From Planctomycetota bacterium (GTDB lineage: Bacteria; Planctomycetota; JAJSAM01; JAJVHW01), in the NCBI GenBank assembly GCA_965248445.1, contig CBDFJG010000003.1, positions 864,001 through 928,000 on the forward strand: a DNA stretch of 64,000 bases, read 5' to 3'. Made by a program: the position numbers and the translations under genes. Under the pieces are notes generated by a model. That model saw only the letters and a list, made by a program, of their open reading frames with translations, ran no database searches and was not told the origin of the DNA. This document shows positions 61,572 through 64,000 of the stretch, one piece after another (within the stretch, counting starts at the first letter, position 1; each line of letters starts with the position of its first letter).

Positions 61572-64000
61572 CTACTGCAACTCCACCGAGATGGCGAGGC
61601 AGTCGACGAACGACCGAGGTGTGTGTTCTGTCTCGACGACGGTGAACTCGTCGGGCTGCTCGCCGGGGTTGACCACTGTCGTGCCGGTCACCGTGTAAGG
61701 CAGGTAGGAAAGCGGGATCAAGAAGTCCACGCGGAACTGCAGGAAGCGGCGATCGCTGATCGAGGTCACGTCCGCGATCGGGGTCCACGGCGTCGCGAGA
61801 AGCGACTGCGGTTTGCCCACGCGCGCCGGATCGCCCGGCGCCGTGCGCGCGAAGATGTCCACCGTCTGACCAGGCGCCGTGAAGACCGACGTGCCTTCGA
61901 TCGGCGCTGTGAGTGGATCGTCGTTGAGAAGGATGTATGTCGGCGTGTCGAGCTCGGAGTTGAACCAGCGCGAGTACGCGATCGACGCGTTCAACTCCAT
62001 CGGGAAGCCCGGGTGTGCCGGGTAGTCGCCGTCTGCCGTCGGCGCAAACACCCCCTCGCTCACGACACCGAGAACACTCGATCCGATGACGGACGCCGCG
62101 CCGTCGGAGTCCTCGAAGCGCACATATCCATCGCCACCGAGACCACCGATGCCGGTGATGACCGCGTTGTCCGCGTTGTTCGGGTGGAGGGAGCCGAGGT
62201 TGTAGATGACGCTGCCCTCGCCGCCCGCCGCCGAGACCGTCGAACCGTTGGTGACGATGATGTTGCCGAGGCACTGGAGCCAGATGGTCCCGCCAGCGCC
62301 GCAGCCGCCCGGAGCGCCCTCACCGAGCGCAACGCCGTCGAAGTTCCCACCGCCGATGCCGCCGCTGCAGTCGATCACGCTGGAGTCCAGACGGATCTCG
62401 GTGCGCGCGACCAAGTGGACGGCACCGCCGCCTCCCGCACCACCGGCACCGCCCGAGTCCTCGGGTCCGACCGTGTCCTCGACCATCGTGAAGACGTTTG
62501 CGTCGTCTTCACCACCGCCGCCACCGCCTCCGGCACCGCCGGTTCCCGGTCCGAGGAACGGTACGCCGGCCGCGTTGATGGGCTGGTCGCCCATGTCGGC
62601 CCGACCGTAGATCGGGCCGCCCTTGCCGCCCTTGATCCCGTCGCCGTCGACCTTACCGGTGTTGTTCTGTCCGCCGGCGCCGTCGCCGCCCTCGGCGGCG
62701 TGGCCGCCACCACCGCCCGCCTCACGCGTGCGGTCGGGGCTCTGATCGGGGAACGGCGTGGGGGGGGTCGTGTTGTTGTCGATGAAGGTCGTGCCCTCTT
62801 GGTCACCGGAGTAGCCGCCGCGACCTGCGCCGCCCGTCATCGGACCGGTCACCAGGTGCCCGGGGAAGCCGTCGTTGGCGTCGAACTTCCCAGGGTCCGC
62901 CTGGGCGTTGCCGAAGCCGTCCAGGATCAGGTCGCCGTTGCCGTCGGTGAGCGCAGAGAACGCTCCATCGCCACCACGGAACCCACCGGGACCCGGAGGT
63001 CCGCCGAGGCCGCCGGTCGGAGGGCCGGCGCCCGGGTCGGCGTTCGTTACGCCATCCGCACCGTCTCCGCCGTTGGCGAAGACCTGCGTGCTGAGCAGAG
63101 AGATCGCGCCGTGTGAGCGCACGACCAGTGGGAAACGCCCGATGACGACCACCGAGCCGAACGACATCTCGACGTTCTGGTACGCGTACTCGACCTGCTT
63201 GCCGAACGTCGCCGTGTCGGCCGGATCGAGGCCCTCGGTCGTGAGGTTCAGGACCTGACCCGCGGAAAGAACCAGGTGAGTGACCGGGAACGTCGCGGGG
63301 TTGTTCAGATCGAACTCGAGGGGGTCCAACGGATCCCTGTGTTCGCCGGTCCCCAGCCCGAGGAAGGGCATGAAGTTGGCGAACAGCTTTCCGGTCGCAT
63401 CCGTGTCGAAGAGCGCGGGCGCCGGCCACAACGCCGTCGTCTGCAGATCGAACGTGTCGACGTCGGTCGGAACGCCCCGGTTGCCGGGCGAGTCGAAGTT
63501 CTCCTTGATCTTGTCGAGCGGGATCGGCCCCTCGCCGACGATGAACGTCGAGCGTGCGTCCGTCTCGAGCGTCGCCTGGCTGCCGTCCGCGAGCGAACCC
63601 AGCGTGCGGACGTTGCCCTTGATGACGAGCTCGTACTCCGACTGCGGATCGAGGTTCGTGGCAGGCGTGACCTCCACTTCGACGATGCCGAGGCGGCGCT
63701 GGTTCAGGAACGTGCCGACCGCCACGGGGACGCTGACAACCGTCTCGGACGCGGTGCCCGGGTTCGTCTTCGTCTTCGTGATCGTGAACGTGGTCGGCCT
63801 GACCGTGCGCGGGTCCAGAGGCTGCGCGAAGCGGACACGGATCGAGAACGTCTTGCGTGCCGGGATCGGGACGTCGCGTGCGTCGTCCGGGTCCTCCCAG
63901 TCCGTCGTTCCGTCCACGAACGCCTCTCCGTTCGGAGGCGTCACATTGACGATCCGCGGCTTCTGCAGCGCGGCGACGCCCGTGCGCGCCTCGTTGCCGA
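61572..64000 (-). CDS. Large secreted Ig-like, glycine-rich protein (5' end outside window)
   Basis: VRFAQPLDPRTV Ig-like motif; GGGGG-rich blocks; frame open to the window edge. Confidence 0.75.
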   Translation of the reverse strand, partial: GNEARTGVAALQKPRIVNVTPPNGEAFVDGTTDWEDPDDARDVPIPARKTFSIRVRFAQPLDPRTVRPTTFTITKTKTNPGTASETVVSVPVAVGTFLNQRRLGIVEVEVTPATNLDPQSEYELVIKGNVRTLGSLADGSQATLETDARSTFIVGEGPIPLDKIKENFDSPGNRGVPTDVDTFDLQTTALWPAPALFDTDATGKLFANFMPFLGLGTGEHRDPLDPLEFDLNNPATFPVTHLVLSAGQVLNLTTEGLDPADTATFGKQVEYAYQNVEMSFGSVVVIGRFPLVVRSHGAISLLSTQVFANGGDGADGVTNADPGAGPPTGGLGGPPGPGGFRGGDGAFSALTDGNGDLILDGFGNAQADPGKFDANDGFPGHLVTGPMTGGAGRGGYSGDQEGTTFIDNNTTPPTPFPDQSPDRTREAGGGGGHAAEGGDGAGGQNNTGKVDGDGIKGGKGGPIYGRADMGDQPINAAGVPFLGPGTGGAGGGGGGGEDDANVFTMVEDTVGPEDSGGAGGAGGGGAVHLVARTEIRLDSSVIDCSGGIGGGNFDGVALGEGAPGGCGAGGTIWLQCLGNIIVTNGSTVSAAGGEGSVIYNLGSLHPNNADNAVITGIGGLGGDGYVRFEDSDGAASVIGSSVLGVVSEGVFAPTADGDYPAHPGFPMELNASIAYSRWFNSELDTPTYILLNDDPLTAPIEGTSVFTAPGQTVDIFARTAPGDPARVGKPQSLLATPWTPIADVTSISDRRFLQFRVDFLIPLSYLPYTVTGTTVVNPGEQPDEFTVVETEHTPRSFVDCLAISVELQ

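Noticed and set aside
1..64000. CRISPR array, tRNA (including selC) or rRNA
   Set aside because: No repeat-spacer array or recognisable structural RNA seen by eye; a covariance-model scan would be needed to exclude them.

Overview
High-GC bacterial window; the secreted Ig-like, FG-GAP and carboxypeptidase-regulatory-like proteins suggest a Planctomycetota-like host (inference). Layout: (1) 1-5.7 kb, an alpha-glucan operon (GT4 fragment, GH57, GT3-GT35 synthase-phosphorylase fusion) facing three tandem ATP-grasp genes. (2) A methyltransferase and an FG-GAP/ASPIC-UnbV gene with an in-frame UGA followed directly by a SECIS-like hairpin (candidate selenoprotein), cut by IS66. (3) About 13.5-39 kb, a heavily disrupted accessory region: three near-identical IS1380 copies, several IS66 copies and fragments, genes that can be rejoined across the insertions, and a cassette of a 12-Cys secreted protein plus a MauE-like protein. 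(4) About 39.7-47.9 kb, a prophage tail/lysis remnant whose tail-tip gene has its 5' end inverted between two GATC sites. (5) 48.4-64 kb, a minus-strand run of three radical SAM/SPASM enzymes, GT9, a GT-C/TPR transferase, a frameshifted kinase-AAA-TPR protein running in frame into an RsbW-like domain, a GAF-PP2C phosphatase and a STAS-PilZ-like protein. No rRNA, tRNA or CRISPR array was seen. Family calls come from motif recognition, not database searches.
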